From Alphaproteobacteria bacterium (GTDB lineage: Bacteria > Pseudomonadota > Alphaproteobacteria > CALKHQ01): a stretch of DNA of 64,000 nt. The translations under genes and the position numbers were made by a program. Every line of letters begins with the position of its first letter. Positions within the stretch are counted from its first letter, which is position 1. Shown here piece after piece: positions 36,268-44,544 of this stretch. A model generated the notes under the pieces. The model was not told where the DNA came from and did no database searches. It saw only the letters and a list, made by a program, of their open reading frames with translations. The stretch is taken from contig JBHJOG010000207.1 in NCBI GenBank assembly GCA_050329975.1, forward strand, positions 7,211-71,210, read 5' to 3'.

Positions 36268-37448
36268 TGACGCCGGAGCCCCTCATCCGCTCCACGGCCG
36301 CCGCCGCGCCCGCGGGCGAACGGACCCGGGTACTTCTGGTCGACGACTCCACGGTCTACCGAAGCCTGGTCCGCCGCGAACTGGTGAAGTGCCCCGACAT
36401 CGAGATCGTCGGCAGCTGCGGCGACGGCAAGTCGGCGATCCGCGCGGTCCAGGCAACCGCTGCCGATGTGGTCGTGCTCGACATCGAGATGCCGATCATG
36501 GATGGGCTTACGGCGTTGCCCCAGTTGATCGCCGCGCGGCCGTCGGTGAAGGTGATCATGGCGTCGACCCTGACGGTGCGCAATGCCGATATCAGCATGC
36601 GCGCGCTGCAGATGGGCGCCGCGGAAACGGTCGCCAAGCCCACCACCGCCAATCTTACCAACGACGCCGACCGGTTCATCCAGGAGCTGATCCGCAAGAT
36701 CCGCGCCCTCGGCGAGGCGGCGCGCCGCAGCGAGAGCCGGCTGGCGCGTCGCGCTGCGCCGGCCGTCCCGGGAGAGGCGGCGCCCGCGCGCCGGCCGGGT
36801 CCATCAAGCGGGCCGGCCGCGGCCGCACCGATCGAGATCAGCCTTCGCCCTGCGCCGACGCGCGCGCCCGAGCTGATCGCCATCGGCAGTTCCACCGGGG
36901 GGCCGAAGGCGCTGATGTCGATGCTGACGGACCTGGTGAAGTCGGTGAAGACGCCGATCATCGTCACCCAGCACATGCCGGCGACGTTCACCGCCATCCT
37001 GGCCGAGCATATCGCGCGTGCGACCGGCCGGCCCACGGTCGAGGCGACCGAAGGCATGACGCTCGAGCCGGAGCGGATCTACGTCGCCCCCGGCGACTAC
37101 CACATGACCGTCCGGCGCGAATCGCGGACGCTGGTGAAACTGCATCTCGACCAGAACCCGCCGGAGAACTTCTGCCGTCCGTCGGTGGACCCGATGCTGC
37201 GGTCCGTGGCGACCTGCTACGGTGCCACGGTGCTCGCGATCATCCTGACCGGCATGGGGCAGGACGGCGCGCAGGGCGCCAAGGCGCTGGTCGCCGCCGG
37301 CGGAGCCGTGGTCGCCCAGGATCAGGCGACCAGCGTGGTCTGGGGCATGCCCCAGGCGGCGGCGAAAGCCGGCGTCTGCAGCGCAGTGCTCCCGCTGGAC
37401 GAGATAGCTCCCTATGTAAGCAGGCTTGCAATGAGGCACGCGGCATGA
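36267..37448 (+). CDS. cheB: Chemotaxis protein-glutamate methylesterase CheB
   Basis: REC domain plus methylesterase domain (LIAIGSSTGGPKAL...VTQHMPATFT...GMGQDGAQG). There is a 1-nt TGATGA overlap with the cheY stop. Confidence 0.9.
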   Translation: MTPEPLIRSTAAAAPAGERTRVLLVDDSTVYRSLVRRELVKCPDIEIVGSCGDGKSAIRAVQATAADVVVLDIEMPIMDGLTALPQLIAARPSVKVIMASTLTVRNADISMRALQMGAAETVAKPTTANLTNDADRFIQELIRKIRALGEAARRSESRLARRAAPAVPGEAAPARRPGPSSGPAAAAPIEISLRPAPTRAPELIAIGSSTGGPKALMSMLTDLVKSVKTPIIVTQHMPATFTAILAEHIARATGRPTVEATEGMTLEPERIYVAPGDYHMTVRRESRTLVKLHLDQNPPENFCRPSVDPMLRSVATCYGATVLAIILTGMGQDGAQGAKALVAAGGAVVAQDQATSVVWGMPQAAAKAGVCSAVLPLDEIAPYVSRLAMRHAA

Positions 37449-38305
37449 ATACCGAGGACTTCGAACTCATCACCTCATTGCTGAAGAAGCGCAGCGGCCT
37501 GGTGCTGACGCGCGACAAGATGTACCTGCTCGAGAGCCGCCTGACGCCGGTCGCGCGCGCATTCGGGCTCGGCGGCCTGCCGGGTCTGATCGACGCCATT
37601 CGCAAGCGTCCGGATCCGAAGCTGATCGACGAGGTGGTCGACGCCATGACCACCAACGAGTCCTTCTTCTTCCGTGACATCAAGCCGTTCGACCAGTTTC
37701 GCGACCATGTGCTGCCTACGTTGCTGAAGTCGCGCGCCGCCCAGAAGTCGATCCGGATCTGGAGCGCGGCCTGTTCCAGCGGCCAGGAAGCCTATTCGCT
37801 CTGCATGATCCTGAAAGAGCACGCGGCCAAGCTGGCCGGCTGGAAGGTTGAGATCGTCGGCACCGACATCTCGCGCGAAATGCTGACGAAGGCCCGGCGG
37901 GGCGTGTATTCGCAGTTCGAGGTCCAGCGCGGCCTGCCGATCGCCAATCTGGTCAAGTTCTTCGGTCAGGAGGGCGACAAGTGGACCATCTCCGCCGAGC
38001 TGCGTGCCATGGTGCAGTTCCGCGAGTTCAACCTGCTGGACGATCCGCGCGGACTCGGCATGTTCGACGTGGTGTTCTGCCGCAACGTTCTGATCTACTT
38101 CGACCAGGAGACCAAGGCCAAGGTCCTGCATGCGATCGGTGGGGTGTTGAGGCCGGACGGCTTCCTCTATCTCGGGGGTGCGGAGACCGTGCTCGGGGTG
38201 ACCGACCGCTTCGCCCCGATGGCGGGCATGCGCGGCATCTACGGGCATGTGGCTCGCGAGCTGGCGCCGCGTGAGGCGAGTGCCCCGATTCGGGCCGCCG
38301 TCTGA
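37445..38305 (+). CDS. cheR: Chemotaxis protein methyltransferase CheR
   Basis: CheR N-terminal helical domain plus SAM-dependent methyltransferase domain (IRIWSAACSSGQEAYSL...VFCRNVLIYF). The ATGA overlap with the cheB stop sets the start; the track frame starting at 36389 was rejected. Confidence 0.9.
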   Translation: MNTEDFELITSLLKKRSGLVLTRDKMYLLESRLTPVARAFGLGGLPGLIDAIRKRPDPKLIDEVVDAMTTNESFFFRDIKPFDQFRDHVLPTLLKSRAAQKSIRIWSAACSSGQEAYSLCMILKEHAAKLAGWKVEIVGTDISREMLTKARRGVYSQFEVQRGLPIANLVKFFGQEGDKWTISAELRAMVQFREFNLLDDPRGLGMFDVVFCRNVLIYFDQETKAKVLHAIGGVLRPDGFLYLGGAETVLGVTDRFAPMAGMRGIYGHVARELAPREASAPIRAAV

Positions 38306-38337
38306 GTCAGCCCAGGTCGCGCCCGGACAATACAGCA

Positions 38338-38368
38338 AAAAACCGCCGGGGGACCGGCGGTTTTTTCT
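38338..38368. terminator. Rho-independent bidirectional terminator between convergent cheR and ctrA
   Basis: CAAAAAACCGCCGGGGGACCGGCGGTTTTTTCTT is an 8-bp GC stem with a GGGA loop, flanked by an A-tract and a T-tract. Confidence 0.8.
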
Positions 38369-38423
38369 TGGGTCGCGCATGAGCCGGCCCGCGCCAAGCG
38401 GCGGGGCCGGCGGATCGGAACCG

Positions 38424-39188
38424 TCAGCCGGCGTGGGCGAAGGATACGTAGCCGTCGTCGTCGTGGCCGACCGGGACGCCGGCACCGGCCGGGCGTCGCT
38501 CGCCGCCTTCGGCCTGGGGATCGCGCAGTACATAGCCGCGGCCCCAGACGGTCTCGATGTAGTTGGAGCCGCCGGTGGCGGTCGACAGCTTCTTGCGCAG
38601 CTTGCAGACGAACACGTCGATGATCTTCAGCTCCGGTTCGTCGATGCCGCCATAGAGGTGGTTGAGGAACATCTCCTTGGTCAGCGTCGTCCCCTTGCGC
38701 AGGCTCAGCAGCTCGAGGATGCCGTATTCCTTGCCGGTCAGGTGCAGCGGCTTGCCCTCGACCTCGACCGTATGGGCGTCGAGGTTCACGGCCAGCTTGC
38801 CGGTGCGGATGACGGATTCGGCGTGGCCCTTGGACCGGCGGATGATGGCGTGGATTCGCGCGATCAGTTCGGCCTTGTCGAAAGGCTTGGTCAGATAGTC
38901 GTCGGCGCCGAAGCCCAGGCCCTTGACCTTGTTGTTCGGCTCGTTGAGGCCGGACAGGATCAGGATTGGAGTCTGCACCCGCGCCGCGCGCAGCCGGCGG
39001 AGCACCTCGTAGCCGTCGATGTCAGGGAGCAGCAGGTCGAGAACGATGATGTCGTAGTCGTAGAGCTTTCCGATCTCCAGGCCATCCTCGCCCAGGTCGG
39101 TCATGTCGACGACAAAGCCTTCGGATTGCAGCATCATCTGGATGCTTCGTGCAATCGGAGTATCGTCTTCTACCAACAAAACCCGCAT
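38424..39188 (-). CDS. ctrA: Cell-cycle/motility master response regulator CtrA (OmpR family)
   Basis: MRVLLVEDD...[23 protein letters not shown]...TPILILSG...[68 protein letters not shown]...[12 protein letters not shown] is near-identical in pattern to Caulobacter CtrA. A ~25-aa C-terminal tail is present. Confidence 0.9.
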   Translation of the reverse strand: MRVLLVEDDTPIARSIQMMLQSEGFVVDMTDLGEDGLEIGKLYDYDIIVLDLLLPDIDGYEVLRRLRAARVQTPILILSGLNEPNNKVKGLGFGADDYLTKPFDKAELIARIHAIIRRSKGHAESVIRTGKLAVNLDAHTVEVEGKPLHLTGKEYGILELLSLRKGTTLTKEMFLNHLYGGIDEPELKIIDVFVCKLRKKLSTATGGSNYIETVWGRGYVLRDPQAEGGERRPAGAGVPVGHDDDGYVSFAHAG

Positions 39189-39426
39189 GTTCGACTCCCG
39201 CTTGAATGCATTGTGCGGTCGGCCGTGGGGATCGCCGCCGCGGTCGGTTGCATCTGATTAACATTAACTTTCTCACCCATTCGTTAAGCAAGGGTAAACG
39301 CTCCGATTGTCGGTGGGGGGTTCATTCACAATTAATGGAACGGCACCGGCATGTGATTTACGCCGGCTTAATCCCCGCCGCCTAACATCCCTGGACCCGC
39401 TCGCATCGCAGAAGGCGACGCCGCAT

Positions 39427-40776
39427 ATGCCCGTTCTCGTCGACACCCTGGTCAGGGAGGTTTCTGCCATCCCGAACCCGCAGATCTTCGGGCGGGTGAC
39501 CGCAGCCCAGGGCATGCTGATCGAGGTCGGCGGCGCCCACCGCGCGATGTCGGTCGGCGATCGCTGCCGCATCCGCACGCGCAGCCGCGCGCCATTGCGC
39601 TGCGAGGTGGTCGGCTTTCACAAGGACAGAGCGATCGTGATGCCGTTCGGCCCGGCCGAGGGTATCGGACTCGGCTGCCGGGTCGAGCTCAGCGGCGCCG
39701 CGGCCTATGTCCATCCGGGGCGGGGCTGGCTCGGTCGCGTGATCAACGCGCTCGGCGAGCCGATCGACGGCAAGGGCCCGCTGCCGCACGGCCCACGCGG
39801 CTACGAGATCAGGGCGATGCCCCCTGCCGCCCACACGCGCGAGCGCGTCGGCGCGAAGATCGACCTCGGGGTCAGAGCGCTCAACAGCTTCGTCACCTGC
39901 TGCCGCGGCCAGCGCATGGGCATCTTTGCCGGCTCCGGCGTGGGCAAGTCGGTGCTGATGTCGATGCTGGCGCGCTACACCGCCTGCGACGTCTCGGTCA
40001 TTGCGCTCGTCGGCGAGCGCGGGCGCGAGGTGCAGGAGTTCATCGAGGACGACCTGGGGCCGGAAGGCCTGGCGCGCAGCGTCGTGGTGGTCGCAACCTC
40101 CGACGAGCCGCCCCTGATGCGCCGGCAGGCTGCCCAGCTTGCGCTGTCGGTGGCCGAATGCTTCCGGGATGAGGGCAAGGACGTGCTCTGCCTCATGGAC
40201 AGCGTCACCCGCTACGCCATGGCGCTGCGCGAGATCGGGCTTTCGGCCGGCGAGCCGCCTACGACACGCGGCTATCCGCCATCGGTGTTCGCGGAATTGC
40301 CGAAGCTCCTGGAGCGCGCCGGGCCGGGAGCTGCCGGCCAGGGCAGCATCACCGGGCTGTTCACCGTACTGGTCGAGGGCGACGATCACAACGAGCCGAT
40401 CTCGGATGCCGTTCGCGGTATCCTGGACGGCCACATCGTGATGGAGCGCGCCATCGCGGAGCGCGGCCGCTATCCGGCGATCAACGTGCTGCGATCGATC
40501 TCCCGGACCATGCCGCAGTGCAACAGCCGCGAAGAGATGGCGCTGGTGCTGACCGCGCGTCGTCTGCTGTCGACCTATGGAGACATGGAGGAGTTGATCA
40601 GGCTCGGCGCCTATCGTCCGGGGAGCAACCCGGAGGTCGACGAGGCGATCGCGGTGCAGCCGCAGCTCGAGGCCTTTCTTAACCAGATGAAAAGCGAACA
40701 CTCCGATTTTGCCGAAACCTACGCCCAACTCGCCGCGATTCTCGGCGAAGCCCCCCCGACAGGACAATCTGGATGA
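39427..40776 (+). CDS. fliI: Flagellum-specific ATP synthase FliI
   Basis: It has Walker A (GSGVGKS), Walker B and the F1/T3SS ATPase fold. The track start at 39307 was rejected for the ATG at 39427. Confidence 0.9.
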   Translation: MPVLVDTLVREVSAIPNPQIFGRVTAAQGMLIEVGGAHRAMSVGDRCRIRTRSRAPLRCEVVGFHKDRAIVMPFGPAEGIGLGCRVELSGAAAYVHPGRGWLGRVINALGEPIDGKGPLPHGPRGYEIRAMPPAAHTRERVGAKIDLGVRALNSFVTCCRGQRMGIFAGSGVGKSVLMSMLARYTACDVSVIALVGERGREVQEFIEDDLGPEGLARSVVVVATSDEPPLMRRQAAQLALSVAECFRDEGKDVLCLMDSVTRYAMALREIGLSAGEPPTTRGYPPSVFAELPKLLERAGPGAAGQGSITGLFTVLVEGDDHNEPISDAVRGILDGHIVMERAIAERGRYPAINVLRSISRTMPQCNSREEMALVLTARRLLSTYGDMEELIRLGAYRPGSNPEVDEAIAVQPQLEAFLNQMKSEHSDFAETYAQLAAILGEAPPTGQSG

Positions 40777-41201
40777 AAAGCCTCGATAGCCTGATTCGCC
40801 TGCAGAAGTGGCAGCTCGACGAGAAGCGTCGGCAGCTCGGCGACCTGCGCCGGATGCATGCCGACTTGGCCGCGGCGATTGCGCGCCTCGAAGAAGACAT
40901 CGCCAACGAGGCCGTGCTGGCCCGCAAGGACCAGTCGCTCGGCGCCACGTTCGGCGCGTTCGCGCAGGCCGCCGAGGAGCGCAAGCAGAAGCTCGTCGGC
41001 TCCCTGCGCGAGCTCGACAGCCAGATCGACCTCGTCGAGCACGAGATCGGTGCCGCCTTCACCGAACTGAAGAAGGTCGAACTGATCAAGGATAGCCGCG
41101 AGGCGCGGATTCGTCAGAGCAGCGCCCGCCGCAGCCAGGCGACCCTCGACGAGATCGGCTCGATCATGGCCCGTCGCCGGCAGGCCGGCGAAAGCTCCTG
41201 A
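40773..41201 (+). CDS. fliJ: Flagellar export protein FliJ
   Basis: A 142-aa coiled-coil protein that starts with an ATGA overlap of the fliI stop. FliJ normally occupies this position after fliI. Confidence 0.65.
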   Translation: MKSLDSLIRLQKWQLDEKRRQLGDLRRMHADLAAAIARLEEDIANEAVLARKDQSLGATFGAFAQAAEERKQKLVGSLRELDSQIDLVEHEIGAAFTELKKVELIKDSREARIRQSSARRSQATLDEIGSIMARRRQAGESS

Positions 41202-41205
41202 CGGC

Positions 41206-42714
41206 CTACACCGTCACGTCGGGATGCACCTGCTCGGCCCGCACCGCTGGTGCCGTGAGGTCCGGCTGCTCGACGAAGCGAATATGGCCCTTCAGGCCCA
41301 TTGCCGCGATCGTGTCGCCGAACAGCGCCTCGATCTCAGCCCGGGACTCGGCGCCGAATGCGGTGCGACTGATCAGCAGCAGGTCTAGCCGGCCGGTTCC
41401 CGCGAGGCCGTCGAGCCGGACCGGGCCGAGCCTGGAGAATCCGAAGTCGATCTGGAATCGAGCCCGGTCGTCTTCGCCGCCCTCGTCCTGCCCGTCATCG
41501 GGCTCCTGCCATGCAACCCTGAGCGGCTGCCAGCCGTGGGCGGTCGCGATCGGCAGGTAGAGCGCCCGCCAGAGTTCGCTGCCGGCGGAGGCGGCCTCGG
41601 TCTCCAGGCGCGACCCGCGCTGGGAGAGTGCCTCGGCGAGACGCTTGAGCAGGCTGTCGCGTCCCTGTTTCTGCATCGCCTGCTGTGCGTCCTGGCCCAC
41701 CAGGGCACCGACGCCGCCTCCCTGCAAGGCGGCCATCAGGAACAGGGTCGACGACCCCAGCTTGGGGCCCATCCGTGGCAGCCGGGCGTCGACGGCAGCG
41801 GCCAGCGACGGCTGGGCGACGAGCGCCGCCATCATCTCGTCGAGCAAGCCCCCCAGTTGCGCGATCGATGGAGCCGGCGGTCCGACGCTTCGGGCTGTCG
41901 CCAGCACCTCCAGCCGAAGCCTGGCGCCGTCCGGCAGGTCGCCGCGATCCAGCACCAGCGTGCCGTTGGCAAAGTTCAGCACCGGCTGGCCCAGGGCGGC
42001 CCGGCCGCTCACGGTCGCCTCGAACGGTGCCGGCACGGTCAGCGACGGGGGCTGAGCGGTACCCGGCCGGGCGGTTGCCTGGCTTCCGCCCAACAGGGGC
42101 TGGATCGCCGGCTCGATCGCCAGGATCCGCACGGTGACCGTCGTCGGGCCGATGGCGGGAAGAGTGGGGCCGGCCGGCGGCGGTTGCGCTGCGGCGTTCG
42201 ATGGCGCCGTCTGGGCGGCGGGCAACAGTCGCGCCTGCACCACGTCGCCGGCGGCCAGCGTCGGGATGGCATGGCCAGTTGCCGGCGCGGACGCGCCGGC
42301 GGTGCCGGTTGCAGGCTGGGTCTGCGGGGGCAGCAGGCGCACGACTCCCCCGGTATCCACCGCGAGCCGCAGCGAGGCGCCGGGCTCGGTGGTCAGGCCG
42401 GGCGCCGTCACCAGGATTCGTCCCAGCGCCGTCTCCAGGCGAATCGTGTCCGCAGCCTGGGTTGCGACCACCCGCGCCGCGAGCGTCACCGGCGCAGGCA
42501 GGCTGCGCAGATCGACCGAGGATTCGCTGACGGTGACCCGGGTTCCGCTCTCGGCCGTCGTCGACGGCGCCGGTTGCTGCCTGGGCGCTTCCTGGGTCCC
42601 GGTCGCGGTCGAGGGGGACGGGGCTGCCGGCGCCGCCCTGCCGCTCTCGGAAGCCGCAGGCAGAGGCCGCGCGACGACCGCCGTCACCGGGGCGACGACG
42701 GGAACTTCAACCAT
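41206..42714 (-). CDS. Ala/Pro-rich hypothetical protein, last gene of the flhA-flhF-flhG operon
   Basis: The start overlaps the flhG stop by 8 nt. The N-terminal ~250 aa are low-complexity and Pro/Ala/Thr/Gln-rich. The C-terminal ~200 aa are globular (…ALYLPIATAHGWQPLRVAWQEPDD…RFQIDFGFSRLGPVRLDGLAGTGRLDLLLISRTAF…). No recognised family. Confidence 0.5.
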   Translation of the reverse strand: MVEVPVVAPVTAVVARPLPAASESGRAAPAAPSPSTATGTQEAPRQQPAPSTTAESGTRVTVSESSVDLRSLPAPVTLAARVVATQAADTIRLETALGRILVTAPGLTTEPGASLRLAVDTGGVVRLLPPQTQPATGTAGASAPATGHAIPTLAAGDVVQARLLPAAQTAPSNAAAQPPPAGPTLPAIGPTTVTVRILAIEPAIQPLLGGSQATARPGTAQPPSLTVPAPFEATVSGRAALGQPVLNFANGTLVLDRGDLPDGARLRLEVLATARSVGPPAPSIAQLGGLLDEMMAALVAQPSLAAAVDARLPRMGPKLGSSTLFLMAALQGGGVGALVGQDAQQAMQKQGRDSLLKRLAEALSQRGSRLETEAASAGSELWRALYLPIATAHGWQPLRVAWQEPDDGQDEGGEDDRARFQIDFGFSRLGPVRLDGLAGTGRLDLLLISRTAFGAESRAEIEALFGDTIAAMGLKGHIRFVEQPDLTAPAVRAEQVHPDVTV

Positions 42715-43513
42715 TTGTCCGAACCAGCATGTCGCCGATGATGGCGGCGATCGCCTCCACGTCCGCGCCTGCCGGCGAGCCGGGGTGGCAGGTCAGGGTC
42801 GGCGTCTGCCGCCGAATGCTGTCCTTGACCCGGGAATCACGCCGGACAATGCCGAGCAGCGGCGGGCTGAACTTGAGGAAGGATTCGCAGGCGCGTCGCA
42901 TTGCGCCGTAGGTGCGCTCGCCCTCCTTGAGGCTGTCGGCCATGTTGACCACGATCTCGAAGCTGAGCTGCGGGTAGCGCGCGCGGGCGACCTTGATGAA
43001 GGCGTAGCCGTCGGTGAGCGAGGTCGGCTCGTCGGTGATGAGCACGATGCAGCGGCCGGCAGCGCCCGCCAGCCGCATCACCGAATCCTCAATGCCGGCG
43101 CCGAGATCGAGCACGATCGCGTCGTAGGTCGGAGCCAGATCGAACAGCTCGTCGGTCAACGTTCCCAGCTGGGACTGGCTCATCCGGCCGAGCGCGCCGG
43201 ACCCGGACCGGCCGGCGATCACGTCGAAGCGCCCGTCGCCTGCCTTGCAGATCACGTCGCGCAGCGGCACCCCGTCGATCACGGCGCGCGCTATGTCCTG
43301 GTCCGGCATCAGGCCGAGCTGGACGTCGACATTGGCCAGGCCCATGTCGGCATCGAACAGCAGGGCCCTGCGCCGCTTCAGCCCGAGGGCGTGGGCCAGC
43401 GTCACCGAGAACCAGGTCTTGCCGACCCCGCCCTTGCCGGACGCGACCGCGATGATCCTGCCGGGGGACAGCAACGGCATGGCCTGTGCCCGTTCAGCCG
43501 GTGTCATGCGCAT
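42707..43513 (-). CDS. flhG: MinD/ParA-family flagellar number regulator FlhG (FleN)
   Basis: Deviant Walker A (AVASGKGGVGKT) and a MinD-like body. The start is ambiguous among 43537, 43513 and 43507, each an ATG overlapping the flhF end. Confidence 0.85.
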   Translation of the reverse strand: MRMTPAERAQAMPLLSPGRIIAVASGKGGVGKTWFSVTLAHALGLKRRRALLFDADMGLANVDVQLGLMPDQDIARAVIDGVPLRDVICKAGDGRFDVIAGRSGSGALGRMSQSQLGTLTDELFDLAPTYDAIVLDLGAGIEDSVMRLAGAAGRCIVLITDEPTSLTDGYAFIKVARARYPQLSFEIVVNMADSLKEGERTYGAMRRACESFLKFSPPLLGIVRRDSRVKDSIRRQTPTLTCHPGSPAGADVEAIAAIIGDMLVRTNG

Positions 43514-44541
43514 TGCTCCTCTGATCCGTCGTTCCATCGATGCTCGGCGCTGCCTCCGCTCTTGGTCATCAGCAGGCGGGCGAGGCTGGCCGGGGTCACC
43601 GGCCGAAGGCCGTTGCCGAGGCGCGGCGAGATCCCGACGCCGGAGAGCTTCAGATGGCCGCCATTGCCGCGGACCGCCGCCGCCGTCACCAGGCTGCCGA
43701 GCCGGCGGGCGGCATCGACCCGGCTTATGATGAGATGGGTGGCCCCGATCTCGGCGAAGGCCAGCGCCGTGTCCGCCGCCTCGAGCGGATCGCCGCCTGC
43801 CGGGAGCACCAGCACCCCGTGGCCGCGCACGCCGGCGATCAGGGCTGCGGCACGCGCCATGTCGTCAGGCTCGAACGGGTTGGCGCCGGCGGTGTCGACG
43901 ATGGCGAGCACGGTTCGCCCGGCCGCCTCGTGCGCGGCGCGGCGCGTGCGCCAGCCTGCGGCCAGCGTCGCCGAGTTCTCCGCGCTCTCCACCGCGAGCC
44001 CCATGTGCTTGGCCAGCCCGGCGAGCTGTGCGAGCGCCCCGGTCTTCACCGTGTCCGCCGCCATCAGGTCCACGGCGACCCCGCCCATCATCGCGTGGGC
44101 GGCGAGCTTGGCGGCGGTGGTGGTCTTGCCGGCACCGGGCGGACCCACCAGCACGATCGGGCGCAGGCTGGGCCGGAACGGGGCGCCGCCGAAGCGCAGC
44201 CGCGTCTCGAACAAGGCCGCCATCGCCATCTCCGGCTGCAGGTCGCGGTGAGCGGCCGCGCCGGCGACGAACTGGCGGGCCAGGGCCTCCGGCACCCCAT
44301 GGCCGGCGAGCGCAGTGCCGATGACCTCCTCGACCGACGGACCCGCAGGCGCCGTCGGGAGGGTCTCGAAGTCCTCCTCGTCGTCGTAGCCGGGCGCCGG
44401 CGGCTCGCAGGCCGCGATCACCTTGACCATGCCGTCGCGACGGCTCTCGCTGGAGACGATGATCGCATCGTCCCCCATCTCCTCGCGGATCAGCCCCAGC
44501 GCCTGGGGCATGTCCTGGGCGATGTAGGTCTTGATCCGCAT
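43504..44541 (-). CDS. flhF: Flagellar biosynthesis SRP-type GTPase FlhF
   Basis: The N-terminus MRIKTYIAQDMPQALGLIREEMGDDAIIVS is typical of FlhF. It has the GTPase G1 (LVGPPGAGKTTT), G3 (DTAG) and G4 motifs. Confidence 0.85.
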   Translation of the reverse strand: MRIKTYIAQDMPQALGLIREEMGDDAIIVSSESRRDGMVKVIAACEPPAPGYDDEEDFETLPTAPAGPSVEEVIGTALAGHGVPEALARQFVAGAAAHRDLQPEMAMAALFETRLRFGGAPFRPSLRPIVLVGPPGAGKTTTAAKLAAHAMMGGVAVDLMAADTVKTGALAQLAGLAKHMGLAVESAENSATLAAGWRTRRAAHEAAGRTVLAIVDTAGANPFEPDDMARAAALIAGVRGHGVLVLPAGGDPLEAADTALAFAEIGATHLIISRVDAARRLGSLVTAAAVRGNGGHLKLSGVGISPRLGNGLRPVTPASLARLLMTKSGGSAEHRWNDGSEEQCA

Positions 44542-44544
44542 CGC

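Noticed and set aside
36389-38305. 638-aa frame spanning cheB and cheR
   Set aside because: Only the last 286 aa (from the ATG at 37445, ATGA-coupled to the cheB stop) are CheR. The rest is the out-of-frame read-through of cheB.
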